Shown here piece by piece: positions 22,201-35,185 of a stretch of DNA of 64,000 nt (positions are counted from its first letter, which is position 1; every line of letters starts with the position of its first letter). The translations under genes and the position numbers were made by a program. Origin of the DNA: Psilocybe cubensis (lineage: Eukaryota); the NCBI GenBank assembly GCA_017499595.2, contig CM039005.1, positions 1,984,001 through 2,048,000 on the forward strand, read 5' to 3'. The notes under the pieces were generated by a model. The model worked only from the letters and a program-made list of their open reading frames with translations. It was not told where the DNA came from and did not search any database.

Positions 22201-24528
22201 TCCAGATGGACTGATGTCTGTGTAGGGGTCGACCTTCGGAGCTTTTGGTCGTAAAACCTTTCGTTTAGGCGTCTGTTCCTCTTCCTCTTCTTCATATGCA
22301 TGCCGTCCGCGCGATTGACTGCGCATCCGAGCATTTCCTTTGCTCTGCGCCTGAGGCTGACTACGCTGCCGAGTGTGAATATGGTAGCGATGGTCAGATT
22401 CGTCTTCCTCCGTTTCCTCCGTTTCCTCGGTCTCTTCCTCTTCTTCCTCCTCCTCCTCCTCTTCGTCTTCTTCAGTTTCCTCCTCTTCCGTCTCCTCCTC
22501 TTCCTCCTCCTCTTGCTGCTGCTGTTGTTGCTGGCGGTAGTGCTGATATTGTTGCTGCTGCGGTTGAGATGTATAAGCTCTGGGTTGTGCCTGCGGTTGT
22601 GCATATTGTGCGATCTGCTGCTGATATGCTGGATATCTCTGCTGCACAGGACTAACATTCGCTCGAGGATATCCGGAATTCAACCCCTGACTAGGATTCG
22701 CCTGATACTGAGCAGCACGCGGAGCTGGTGCCGCTGCCGGTGGTGCTGGCGCTGGCACCGGTGCTGGTGCAGAGGACGAAGAGCCCTTGAAAAGTTTCTT
22801 CAGCTTACCTCCTTTCCCCTTCGACTTTTCAGGAGAAGCAGCCACTGCAGGTGCTGGAGCAGGCGGCTCGGGCGGTGGTGGCGGTTGGGGATGCGGTTCA
22901 GAGACCATGCCAGCGGCGTAGCCCCATGCTGGTGCAGGCATCTCCGGGATGGTCCGTCTCCACATCGGGACGAATTTCTTGGGCGGAGCGGTCGCGGAAG
23001 ACGACGAAGAGGTGGCGGACGTGGGTGAAGCCACAAAGTTCGCATCTGCTGCTGACGATTTGGTTGATGATGATGATTGGGATGTGGAAGATGCAATGGC
23101 TCTCGGCGCAGGAGGTGCTGGCGCTGAAGAAGAACTCAAGTTCGTGGAGGAAGAAGAGTTTGAACGATTCCATGTGCTAGTAGGCGGGTTCTCCTTGGTC
23201 GGACTGTTAGATTCTGAACTTGGTGCAGATTGGAACCGCGGAGGACTCTCTCTACGTTTCGGGAAAGAAGTCGTTGTCTTCGAAGGTGAAGAATCGGATG
23301 AGGCCAGATTCACCGCATAGCTAGATGTTCTTGAGAGCTGTACGTTGGCATTGTTGGATGTTTTCTGTTCTGACAGAGAAGGAAGAACTGATCTTGTAGG
23401 ACTGGTATCAACCTTTTTCACTGGCCATCCCGAGCCTGATGCTGAGGAAGCAGTACTCGCATTAGAAAATGCAGAACTACCAGCAGTACTCCCAAAACTT
23501 GTATGTGGGAGTTTACCTAAATCAACCGTATTTCGTTTGTTTCCGGACTCCGTAGGGGTGGGAAGGGGTCTTCCCCTGGTCGGTGAAGGTGTTTTAGAGG
23601 CTTGCGGTATATTTGTCTGTATGGGTTCAATCGGGAAGGGTTTAGACGACCCCGAAGGTATAGCATTTGCATTGGGGAGTGTAGGTATACGCTTAGGGGT
23701 ATTTGGAGGGGGTAAGGCAGGCGTCTTTGCATTTACTCCTGGTGCTGGTTGAGGCAGAGGTCTCCGGCCCGGAGTCTGTGGAGTCGAAGTGGTTTGCTGC
23801 TGCTGTGCTGCTGGTGGCGCTTGTTGTGGGATTTGTATTTGCGGTTGTGGTTGAGCAGACTGAGCCTGTGCTTGTGCTTGTTGGGCTAGCGTGGCAGACA
23901 GAGCTACTGGAGGTGGTCTTGATGTAGCAACCCTCCAAGACGATCCGGACGAGTTCAGCGGTATTGCTGACGAAGATTGATTCGGAAACGAGGACGTCGG
24001 TATATGGGATATCTGTGGTTGGGTAGGTTGAGCGTACACTGGTTGGGCCTGCTGTTGTTGTGGCGCAACAAACTGGGTATTCGACTGTTGTTGCTGAGGA
24101 TATGTGATCGGAGCTGGGGCATATGCAGTTTGAGATATAGGATAAGGGGCTTGCGACGAGAAAGGCGTTTGAGATGGTATATACGGTGTTTGGGAGGGTT
24201 GATATGGCGTCTGTGAAGGCGCATACGGGGTTTGGCTCAGAACATAAGGCGCCTGCATCTGCTGAGGCTGGGGCGGGGCCTGAACGTATTGGGGTTGGTT
24301 GAACTGGAACCCCTGTGATTGTATGGGCTGCTGCTGCTGGGGTTGCTGCAAAGGAGCCGTATATGTGGGATGGCTTTGTAAATGCGGTTGCGGTTGCGGC
24401 TTGCCCAACTGCTGATATATGTTCATTGGTTGTTGGAACATTGGCGAGTACTGTTGCTGTTGTTGCTGCTGTACAGGCTGCCCTTGTTGGTAAAACCCAG
24501 AGTTATGAGCCATGTGTGTGACTAGCAT
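19228..24528 (-). CDS. Paxillin-like protein: very long disordered N-terminus plus three C-terminal LIM domains
   Basis: LIM motifs CGGCNGPIIGRIVSAMGSRYHPACFKCTVC...PYCHLDYHE and CKRCKRSI...WCWACFVCASCHKPF...PYCEHCF. The roughly 4.6-kb first coding exon is rich in Q/P/S/E. The start may instead be ATG 24513. Confidence 0.88.
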
Positions 24529-25290
24529 TGAATGTACCAATTTCAGACATAAGGTGCATTTATGAATAAAGAAACTTACCCAGTCCTTTCAGTTATCGAC
24601 GATGCGATTAAAAACTAAAAGTGGTTGGATTTCACGATTACAGCACTTCCAGAAACGAACACAAACGCGATCACCCTATCAATTCCAGTCACGTGGGTAC
24701 TTCTGCGGGTCATAGAAAGCATCCAAAAGGGGAAATCAGATAAAGCTCAAACGAACGCTGACTCTGGGCGCGACTCGCGCTGTCGCTCTCTCTGACTCTT
24801 ACTTCACTTCAAAAAAATGTTTTTCTACTCGCGTCTATGGAGGCCTGAGGCCGAGGTCCTAATTATAACTTGACTCTTGTCAACGACTATATCTTGCGAA
24901 CTTGTTATACTGGCTACAGGGGAGCAAGTGTTGAAATGAAAAACACACAGCGTCTTTTCATCAAAGTGAAGATTATCAACGGAAACTTCCTCAAGACTGG
25001 GACAGCTGAAGATACTTTAGACTGCCTACGTATATCATTTAACATTCTTTTGACACAAATTTGGTCATGTTAATCAGAATGAAAGGCGCGCGGCTTTCTT
25101 CTGGGGCTTACTCCATCTTGACACTGCAATGACTACATGACGCTACGTGATGCCCGGACGCGTGGCTACCTCATGATTCATGAATACCAAGACTACGGAG
25201 TAGTTTGCTGCGCTGCATATCTTCACCTCAGACACTCACATCTCTCATACAAAATACCCGCCTTATAATCTGGGTCGTCGCGCCAGCGTC

Positions 25291-26606
25291 ATGACATTGG
25301 CAAGAACCTGGCCAAAGTCTTCACCGCGTCGTCAAAGAGCCCTAATAGCCTCAATCACTCTCATTGTTCTGTCTTTTCTTTTCTTTGCCAACAACGCCAT
25401 ACAAACCTTTCCTGCGGTGACCATTTCGTTGGAGAATGCGCATGATCCCCTTGTCCTCGAGGATGCCACGCCGCCTGCGGCTGCTGACTCCCGTAATGCA
25501 TCGCGCATACTGCTCGTATCAGCCATGTTCCCGCTACCGAAATCAAAGCACTCGCACGAAGAATACGAATATTGGCTCACCCAGTTCCTTCAGCGTATCA
25601 CGACCGATGTCTACTTCTTCACCACGCCCGATTTTGCACCTGTCGTCCGTCGATCCCGCCCGGATGGCTTGACTATCACAATCGATACCTCATACGCATC
25701 GCCATTCGATGTTTCACCTCTGAAGGGCTTGGAAGATGACTATGCCAAGATGCACAATCAAGACCGGGAGAAAAAAATTCACTCGCCGGCGTTGTACGCC
25801 GTGTGGAATGCCAAACCGTTTTTGTTGAACGCCGCTGTTAAGATTCTGGCTGGTAAAGGGCGAGTATATGATTATGCATTTTGGAATGATGCTGGCAGTT
25901 TCAGGCGCGAACACAGGTATCAAAATTGGCCAGATGTCAGGAGGGTAGAGCAGATATGGCACAAAGGTTCGGAAATCACTGGGACGAATGCCAACGATCT
26001 TCTCTTCTTTCCGCTGACCGGTTTACCCGCAACAAGGATGAGTAGGTGGAAGGAAGATATGGGACCCATCGACAATGAAGTCAGCGAAGGTAAAAAGCTC
26101 ATCTATTTATAAATTAATCAGTATATTTTTTTCATATATTTCCAGGGTCTTTCTTCGGAGGATCTCCACAAGCCATCTCATGGTGGTCCCGCACCTACTA
26201 CGCCTATCATAACCATTATCTGTCTCTCGGGAAATTCGTAGGCAAAGACCAGACTCTCATCAACGCCCTTTTCCTCCTCTTTCCTTCGCGCATTATCACA
26301 GTCTGGTATCGTGACCCCCTCTCCGCCGCTCATGCCGGCGTCATTCCTTTCTTTGACGAGGGCTTCCTTGGCGCGTGCAGCTCCGAGTGGTGGTACTACC
26401 AGTTCTGGCTGGCAGATCGCTCTGCTCGCGAGCAAATGCGGGATATATGGGTTAGTTGGAGTAAATGGGCTGGATGGGAGTGGTATAAAGAGCGTCAGAG
26501 ATGTAGGCTGACTGGTGTTGAGTCTATGCAAGATCTCCTGGAGAGACAGTTTGGGAAAACTTGGGTCTCGCCGAGTAAAGCGGTCGTGGTTGCAAATGCA
26601 GATTAA
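25291..26606 (+). CDS. Type II membrane-anchored putative glycosyltransferase-like protein (HtrL/YibB-like motifs), 2 exons
   Basis: N-terminal TM helix, then YAVWNAKPFLL, YAFWNDAGSFR, GSFFGG, FVGKDQTLINAL and WWYYQFWL. One intron at about 26090-26145. Confidence 0.65.
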
Positions 26607-28836
26607 TCACAAAAGAAGTTAATATCCATGTTGTGTGATACCTTGTCCTTTGCTCTTTAACCTTTGTAATCTTGTACTAGTACTGTTGTAGTGTAACACT
26701 ATTTTATTGCTAATTATTTTAAACTTTCAATGTGACAGGTTTTTGACTTGTCAAAAAGACGCGAACTTTTCACTTCACTTCATTACTTTAATAACATGCA
26801 CCTTCCCCAAATGTTGTTGGCATTTAGATGACCATCAATTGTGAACTTCAATAACTTAGCTTTGATGTCGATTGACCAATTGTGCATATCATCGCAAGTC
26901 CGCTCCCGCCGAGCAATGGCCCAAGCGTCTATCATGTATCATAAGAGACGCTGATTGGCTATATGTGGCCAACAACATTCAGTGTGGCGCAAAACATTGC
27001 AGCCAAGGCCATGATTTGCTGTATACGGTAAGAAATGGTCGCTTTCACTCCGGGCAAGCATTACCTATCCACAGTTGGTATTTCTGTTCAATGAGAGTCG
27101 AAGTGGCCCTGACGTCGCCCCTGACCAGCGTAAAACGATTTCGTACTTTTTCCCTTTTTTAGACAGTTTACTTCAGGCCGTTTCGTTATAATGTAGCTTG
27201 TCCTTGACATCTGCTTAGCATATCCAAAAGTGCAGAAATAGATTTACAGTGCTTGAAATCGTGATGTCTACCACCTATCTCACTTCCCATGAATCACCGT
27301 CGGCCATCGGTCGTGTTCATCGGAACCAATCAAGGACTGCTGATATTCTTCTTGTTGTGGTTTCTCACTGCTCCGCGTCGCTGTATCCTATTCACTGGTT
27401 AACTGAAATCTGTCAAAATGATTTGCACCCGATGATAGAATACCATGATACTCCTGACGAAGCTCAGCGACGACGAGAACCATCTTGATAATCCGCATAA
27501 ATGCCACGGTTGGTTGTTGGCGAGCAGCATGTGCAGTTGGGATGGAGAGCTCCGAATCTAAGGAGTGAGAACCTGTTGCCGTGGTTTATCCGTCAGCAAC
27601 ATATCCAACGTCTACCTTCCCAAATGCACTAAGTCTACCACTTCTAACATTGATATCAAACGTGACATTTGGTGGAGAAAAATCCAACAAGAAATGGAAC
27701 GTTTTAGTAAGAAAGAAGGGGCGTCATATTGACATCAAGGTAGATGGGTGGACTGCATTCATGGCGTGCATCATAGTGGCTATTAATAGGACAATGGTTG
27801 TGTCCAATGAAACTGTCTCCGTAAGCAATCATCGAACGATATCGGGGAACCAACGGAATTACAGGACAGTTCGTCCATTTTGTCAGCGCCACAAAATTAG
27901 GCTGGTGACAGCGCCCACCAGAGATATCATGATCACGGAGACGGAGGAAATGAAACCGAAGACAACCATCCGGCAAGTGCTCAGAGCACGTTCTAAATCC
28001 TCCAGAATTGCTGCGAACAGTGACTAGAATTGGGCAACAACATTCAAGATGTGAGTAGGAAGTGTGATTGTGGAGGATGACCTTTCCCAATATGTCTGGA
28101 TATTCTGTCGAAGTTCTTATGATTATCCTATCGTTCGCTAAGCACTACGTAAACTTTTTGGAGGTTCGCTAATGTGCCTCTTACCCGGAAGCCCATACAG
28201 TAATTTCAGCTTGAAGCAAGATTGAACGGTTGAAACGCACGACTCGGATGGAAATGGTATTGCGGATTGGTACTAAAGTGAGCCTAAAAGTGGAACACAG
28301 GACGGTGAAATCGGAGGCCATATCTAGATTGCGTATCGAGAATAGTTCTCTCAAAGAACGCCTTGTCCAGAACATTCTTCTCAGGAGGATGTCACATTTA
28401 GGAGCAGCGAAGGAGCAGTTGAGATGAGCATAAGATTCTGACAAAAATCACGTACGGACTAAAGATTGAGAAATTTCATAGAGAGCATATTGTATGGACA
28501 TTCTGACCCCATTTATACTATATTTGGATGCGATACTGTCGGAATACATGCGGACAGATTGACGTAAACCTATTTTTGCCCCAATGAACATTTGGTTCGT
28601 ATTGGTCTTGGTAAGTTTTGCATGTAGGTGGTTCTTCGGTTGCAATGTTGCTGACTTGCCACACCGCCGAGTCGTGGCAGTTTATAGTGAAAACTAACGG
28701 GAGCGTGCTGACAGCCTGCTATGTTTAAATACCGTAGCACTCAAATGCCTAGCCAAACTGCCCCTCGAGTTACAGTCCTCTCAAGTGCCTCTAGCCTGGT
28801 CATTGTAGCGGCTTTTACTTTCAGTGTCTTCTCATC

Positions 28837-30893
28837 ATGTCCGACATCTTCAGAGACTCGACTGTCGGGAGTCTTATCAATACCCTAACTAACGGACGCC
28901 TATTCCCCCATCCAGAGCAACGTCCTGATTGGGTCCTCCCCGAAAACTTGCGACCTAAAGAACAAAGGAGCAGCACTGACGTCAAGCAGAAAGAAAAGAA
29001 TGCGATCGATACCCCGGGAGTACAAACTCCTTCATCAAGGGACTCAGGGGAGATCGAAAAAGGACTTGTCCCCGAAAAGGCTGCTACACCAGACAAACCT
29101 GTCGTTGGTTGGTACGATGACAATGACCAGGAAAATCCAATGTAAGTTTCAAGAACGCCAAGCCTTTACAATATTCAGTTTCTGACTTGGACTTTTAGGA
29201 ACTGGTCTCTATTCAAGCGCTGCTTTGTAGTCGCTTTGACATGTCTTTTGACGACTAGTGTCTATACTGGATCTGCCATCTAGTCAGTCAAATTTTTTCT
29301 AGTGCAAAGGAATGCAGTTAACATGTTTTTACAGCACCGCCTCTATTCCAGATATTATGACAACCTTCAACGTTGGACAAACAACAGCTACGGCCGGACT
29401 ATCGCTATACGTTATCGCTTACGGTATTGGACCCATGTTCCTCAGTCCTCTTACCGAAATTCCCTCCATCGGCAGACGTCCAATTTATATTATTACCTTA
29501 ATCATCTATGTCGCTCTGCAAGTCCCGACTCTTTTCGCGAACAACATCCACACCCTGCTTGCCATGCGTTTCCTTGCTGGCTTTTTCGGATCTCCGGCTT
29601 TGGCAAGCGGCGGTGCGACCATCCAGGATATGTAAGTGTCGAGAATATTACTTCCACTTGTCCGATGACTTATGTCTCGTTTGCGCAGGTTCCACTTCAT
29701 CAAGCTCCCCAACGCTATGGTTTTATGGAGTGTCACTGCTCTTTGCGGACGTGAGTTTTTGGTCTTCATATATTTCCAGATAATATATACTTAAGCGCCC
29801 ACGCGAATAGCACTCATCGGCCCCATCATGGGTGGATACGCTGCTGCAGCCAACGGCTGGAAATGGCCACTCTACGAGCTCTTGTGGATCACTGGCTTCA
29901 CACTCCTCGTATTGATCTTCTGGTACCCTGAAACCAACGCAGAGACCATCCTTCTTCGACGTGCAAGGCGCATTCGCCAGAGGACAGGAATCCAAGAGCT
30001 CACCAGTGAGAGCGAAAACAGACAATCCCACCTGAGCTTCACGAACATCCTTTTCGAGTCACTCCTGAGGCCTTTCCAACTCATGACTGAGCCCGTCATC
30101 CTCTATCTCGATCTCTACATCGCTCTCGGATATGCGATCTTTTACTGTAAGACCCCTATCATTTCACATGCCTTGCTGTAAATACTGATCGCATCGTCTT
30201 ACAGTGTGGTTTGAGGCCTTCCCAGTTGTCTACGTCGACATCTACCATTTCGGACTTGGCGCATCTGGCCTTCCTTTCTTGGGATTGATGATCACAGCCT
30301 GTGTCACCGGTGTTTGCTATCTTCTTTACAACAAATATGTCATTGAGGCTACCTTCCTCCGCACTGGTACTATCATCCCCGAGTCGCGTCTCACAATTGC
30401 CCTCTTCGCTGCACCATTCGGCCCCATTGCCTTGTTCATCTTCGGCTGGACTGCACGCGCAGATATTCCATGGATCGCACCAACCATTGGCGCTGCATTG
30501 TACCTGCCTGGGTATGTCAATCAATTCTTGTGTCGTTAACAGCGGTTCTAACCAGTCATGTAGTCTCTTCCTTATCTTCCAAGGCGCTGTTGTATACATG
30601 CCAATGTCATATCCCAGATATGCGGCTTCAATCTTGGCCGGTAATGGTCTTTTCAGGGCCCTTCTTGGTGGAGCATTCCCGTACGTTCTTTTTCCATACA
30701 CCATGAATTTACCACACAAACTAATATTTATCCTTAATCTAGACTCTTCGGTCGCTCACTATACACGTCGATTGGCGTCGGTGGTGGCTGCTCTCTTCTT
30801 GCCGGTATCACAATCGCATTCTGGCCTGGTCTGTGGTACCTATGGAAGTATGGTGCCCAAATCAGAGCTAAATCAAAATACGCCAACTTCTAA
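28837..30893 (+). CDS. MFS DHA1 multidrug transporter, Flr1/Caf5/Mdr1-like
   Basis: N-terminal IFRDSTVGSLINTL..RLFPHPEQ, VGWYDDNDQENP.NWS, FLSPLTEIPSIGRRPIY, RFLAGFFGSPALASGGATIQDM, PETNAETILLRRARRIR and YGAQIRAKSKYA. Confidence 0.93.
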
Positions 30894-31371
30894 TGACACT
30901 GTTCTGAATTTACAACATGCTATCCCATTCATATTCATACGACATTAATGCATTGCCACGTCACGCTTTTTCATGTAGATATATCAAAATTTGTAGTTGT
31001 ACGAACCTAATACCACTTCATGGATGGTCGGATAGTAACTATTCGAATAACATTTTGTTACCAATTTTTGGATCGCTTATAGTTCCCTTTAAATCGAAGG
31101 AGTTTCTGATATCATAACCTACAAAGTTCGCGCAAATCTCACTGGCGACTTACGGCTCATCGATTCATCCTTCATAGTCTGGGAAAATCACCCAAAGTTA
31201 TTTTTGGTATTCCAGGGATCAGCCATGTTCCAAAAAGGAAGGTTAAGATACAATTATAGTGTTGTTCACACGCACGGTGTTTGGCATCGGCTTTGGTCTC
31301 CAAAGCGCTAAGACGACAGTCGGACTACTCTCTTGTAGTTCAATCATTCTTCTTTTAACTACGACTCGGAC

Positions 31372-32085
31372 ATGGAGTCTCCTTCTGAAACGATGCTTTC
31401 CAGTCCACCCTGTGGGCAACCTGCTACCCCACTAGTGCTCACAAATCCAGGGACCCAACCCAGCCCAAGGAATCAAAATTCGAGCGTCGAAAGACCACTT
31501 GCGGAGGTAATAACGGAAGAATTTGCTCCGTTCGACGCAGAAAACTTGGTGGTACAGCCATTTCAGGAGGATGTGTCTCGCGACGCAAAATTTGAGCAAG
31601 GTGAGTCCAACTCCCATGCAAATCGGAAATGTACTTTATAGAGGCGCATATATGCGCATGAGATTTACTGTTATTACCCTTCCATTTCTTTCCATACAGA
31701 ACTGAGTAATATGCTCTTAAATGCCATTTTGGAAACACATGCATGGGCCTCTGCACGTCCGAAGCACGAAGCTGCTATGGAAAGCCAAAATCTCGAAGAC
31801 CAAATATCCAACATTATGAGCACCGAAAGAGAACAAGGCATGTGTTCACCGACACCTTCCATCTCTTCATCATTCTCTATGTCTTCATCTTTCATTCGTC
31901 TCCCAATCATCGGTATGCATTGTTCAGCTTCAAGTTTTCCTCCTCCCCACCCAGATTTATTCGATGAGACGCATATATTTGAATGAGACTGACATCTAAT
32001 AATCGATCCAGAGAAAACGCGCGCGAAACTGGCAGACTTCGTACGCAAGATGAAGACGGCTATAGCGGCGTTGACTGACATTTAA
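31372..32085 (+). CDS. Small hypothetical protein with a C-terminal helical/coiled segment (3 exons)
   Basis: Spliced frame ...DAKFEQ|ELSNMLLNAILETHAWASARPKHE...EREQ|EKTRAKLADFVRKMKTAIAALTDI*, with GT-AG introns. Confidence 0.65.
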
Positions 32086-32941
32086 TGCTCTCTTTATGAC
32101 TAACCCTTTAACTTGTAATATGAAAAGTTTGCCTTATATTTTTCCTCGTCTGGTAACATGAGTGCTATGGTTCGTGGCCCTGCCACTATTTCGAAGGGAT
32201 TGGATTGGATTATGATTCCTTACTATGCATGACTAGTTCAAAAGAAAGATCTTCTTTTCTACACTTCAATTAGCATATCCTCCTTTGACGTTTGATGCTC
32301 GAGGTTCAAACGTTCACGTTCATCGATCAACCCTTGGACCCACCGTGGACCCACTAGAATTTGACTAAAGCTTCCGTCGGATAACCACGATGCGCCACAT
32401 CTTCCTAGAGTACTTGGTCAATTTATGGAAATTTACACGTTGTTTCATCACGTCGTTGAATGGGATGTGGGAGAGCGCGCATGGCCATTACCTACATTGG
32501 CGCTCCATTTAATTTGGCAGAAATGTCAAAGCCTGACATTAAAATTGTCATGACACACAACTTAGTTGAGTTGGAAAGTTCCTGCCCTCCGAGTGGCTTC
32601 CGCCGTAGTATATGACTCCATATCAGTGCTGAAAGGTTACCCCAGAAAAATTCTATCTGTTGGTGCTGTTGACAACCACCCAAGCCACTGATAACTGATA
32701 ATCTCTTTACCAGTTCTGGAAGCTATTTTTGGAAATGTCAATAGTTGTGGATGGTCGACGTCGAAACGCGAATGATGCACGAATGGTAGCTAGCTGACCC
32801 TCATTCATCAGCATCCAGTTTTACAGTTAGACCATATTGACCACTCTTTTGCTCTTCCATTGAATCTTTTCCTCAACTTGACCGACATCTAGTAGTACAT
32901 TCTACACCCTCACTACCTTATTCCCCAATCCACCTCACCAA

Positions 32942-33900
32942 ATGATCAAAAACAAAGCTATTCTCTTACTTGCATCTGCCTTACTGGTACTCAGCGACGT
33001 CGATGCTTTCACTATACACCGTCGTGAATCTATTGCTCACAAAAACCGTCTACCCCGGGCAATACCAATCAGTGAAAGAAATATCACTTCGAGGAGTTTG
33101 GAGAAGCGCTTTGACGGTGCAAGATTGACATTCTACAACGCAGGCCTCGGAGCGTGTGGGAAGACTAATTCAGATAGTGAATTTGTAAGTTTCGTCACAA
33201 AGCATGGAGCGGGAGTGTCATAGAGAGCTGCACTGAATGACTTTTGAGCAGGTTGCAGCCATGAACGCAGATGTGAGTGTTTCAAATAGTGAAAACGAGG
33301 ATCCGACGCATATAGAAGCTCATCCGTTGTTGAAAGCAATATGCAGGAGGTGCTCACTGTTTTGAAAGCGTCACGATTATTGTTGGCTCCAAAACACAAT
33401 CCGCCCAGATAGTTGATGTGGTATGTTACTGCTATGCCATCGTGAAAACAGACTTTCCTCATGCAATTTGATAATATAAGTGCACAGGATGTCCGTTTGC
33501 AGGGCTTGATCTTTCACAGGGACTCTTCGAATTCTTCGCATCGACAAGTGTGGGCGTGTTGACTGGCTCTTGGAACTTCGCAGATGCGGCGGCTCCTCCC
33601 ACTCCTCTTCCCAAGACAACGGAGCACCAAGAAACTCCAACCCCCACAACGACGCAAAAGACGACGCGCGCTTCGAGCACTGTGCACATCTCGTCGTCGG
33701 CATCTTCATCTAGCGACGTTTCTGCATCATCTGTGTCGCGTACTGCAACACTATTAGGAAGCGCAGCTTCGGCTTCCGCCACGGCTCCGGGATCAGATTC
33801 GGCGTCTGATACAGGTAATCTTCAGATGATCAACCTAGCTTTCATCCAAATGGCTGGACTGGTCATGGCTGGTGGGGCGAATGGCGGTGGTTCGAGCTAA
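32942..33900 (+). CDS. Secreted expansin/loosenin-like RlpA double-psi beta-barrel protein with a Ser/Thr-rich tail
   Basis: Signal peptide, EKR processing site, TFYNAGLGACG, AQIVD.CTGCP..GLDLSQGLF and WNF motifs, an S/T-rich tail and a hydrophobic C-terminus. Confidence 0.88.
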
Positions 33901-34176
33901 AAATGAATTGAAACTTTTCATTACAGGACATGTGCAGTCATCATACTTATCTAGAGTGGTAATCGATAGAAGGAAACAGCCTGATGCAAAATAGTTAGGG
34001 AATTGACGAAATTAAATTCTGACAAGTTTTCATACGAAGCAATGCGAAGGCTGTAGGGTGCAAAAATGGGTGGCAGTGCCTCAAAGTTTGTTTGTTTCCG
34101 AGATTTTGAAACTCAGGTCATTGCCGAATCAAAGCCGGGCACCTCTTTGACATCAACCACATCCATCTCCAACATA

Positions 34177-34664
34177 ATGTCTTCAGCGCAGCCTCTTAAG
34201 GTTCCAGCAACTCCATCCAAATCCAATGAAATGGATAAAGATAAAACACCTGCTGCTAACAAAAAGCAGATGCCTTCTAAATTAGGCACCATTGCCCCCA
34301 ACGATATCTCCAGCCCTCATGAGTTGACAGCGTTTGTAAGGGTCCTCTTAAGTATTGATTCCCGGGGCAGACTTATTGACGAGTGCTAACTAAGAACAGG
34401 TAGAAACACTTTTAGAGCAACTGGATTCTAAGTTTGATGATATGTCAACTCAGATCCTAGACAGAAGTTTGTCGATTGTATTTTCACGAGTGAACCAGGC
34501 GGCGCGCTGATTTTAATACTTTTATCCTCAATTCAGTGAACCAAATGTCTACACGTGTAGATGCTTTGGAAGCATCGATACAAGATATCATTAATGGAGA
34601 TGTTAATGTGCCTCAATCTCCTGCACCGGGTGCGATTAGGAGAACCGACAGTGGTCTACAATAA
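34177..34664 (+). CDS. HSBP1: Heat shock factor binding protein 1 homolog
   Basis: ELTAF|VETLLEQLDSKFDDMSTQILDR|MNQMSTRVDALEASIQDII coiled coil. Confidence 0.9.
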
Positions 34665-35185
34665 ATTGCAACAGCCAACCACAGGGTGCAGAGTACACTA
34701 TTATCCAGGGAGTCCTGATTTACATAACTGATGTTTCTTTTTTTATTACTTTGCGATCATTTAAATTAGAGTAGCTTTTGTTTGTATGCCATAAAACATA
34801 GGATAGCATCAAGATTGCATACTCATAAGTACTTACTGCCTACACCAATATTCTGTCGCTTACGTATCATTTCTAAAAAAAGATTACAAGGGGTCTGGAT
34901 TTGACCGGATCAATTCAAAGAAGCCAGTGATTGAAGGTCCGCGAGAAGCCTTCGGACGCGAAGTACAGAAAAAGCAATTTGCAGCCTTAGTTGCTGGCCA
35001 CCATCGTATATCACTTTCTTTCAACCAGCCACAACATAATCACCAGCAAATCCTCTGGATAGCTCCCTTATATTGGTTTTTGAAAGCCTGATCTTTCCCA
35101 GCGATTCCCTCAACAACGCCTTGGACGAATTCAACACGCCAAAAAGGTCGCCTTTTCGGCACGGAATCACTGCAACTTTTTATCC

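Noticed and set aside
20149-24521. Many plus-strand and alternate-frame ORFs overlapping the LIM gene
   Set aside because: These are shadow ORFs of a low-complexity coding exon.
24981-25114. RNase MRP/P-like GGGGCTTACT motif
   Set aside because: The preceding ACA element and a matching GAAAGTCCCC partner for helix P4 are missing.
27704-27710. Yap1/Pap1-type site TTAGTAA upstream of the Flr1-like transporter
   Set aside because: A single 7-mer about 1.1 kb from the ATG is expected by chance.
26872-28645. Short ORFs on both strands upstream of the second MFS gene
   Set aside because: No consistent spliced model or recognisable motif was found, so I treated the region as intergenic. A small gene cannot be excluded.
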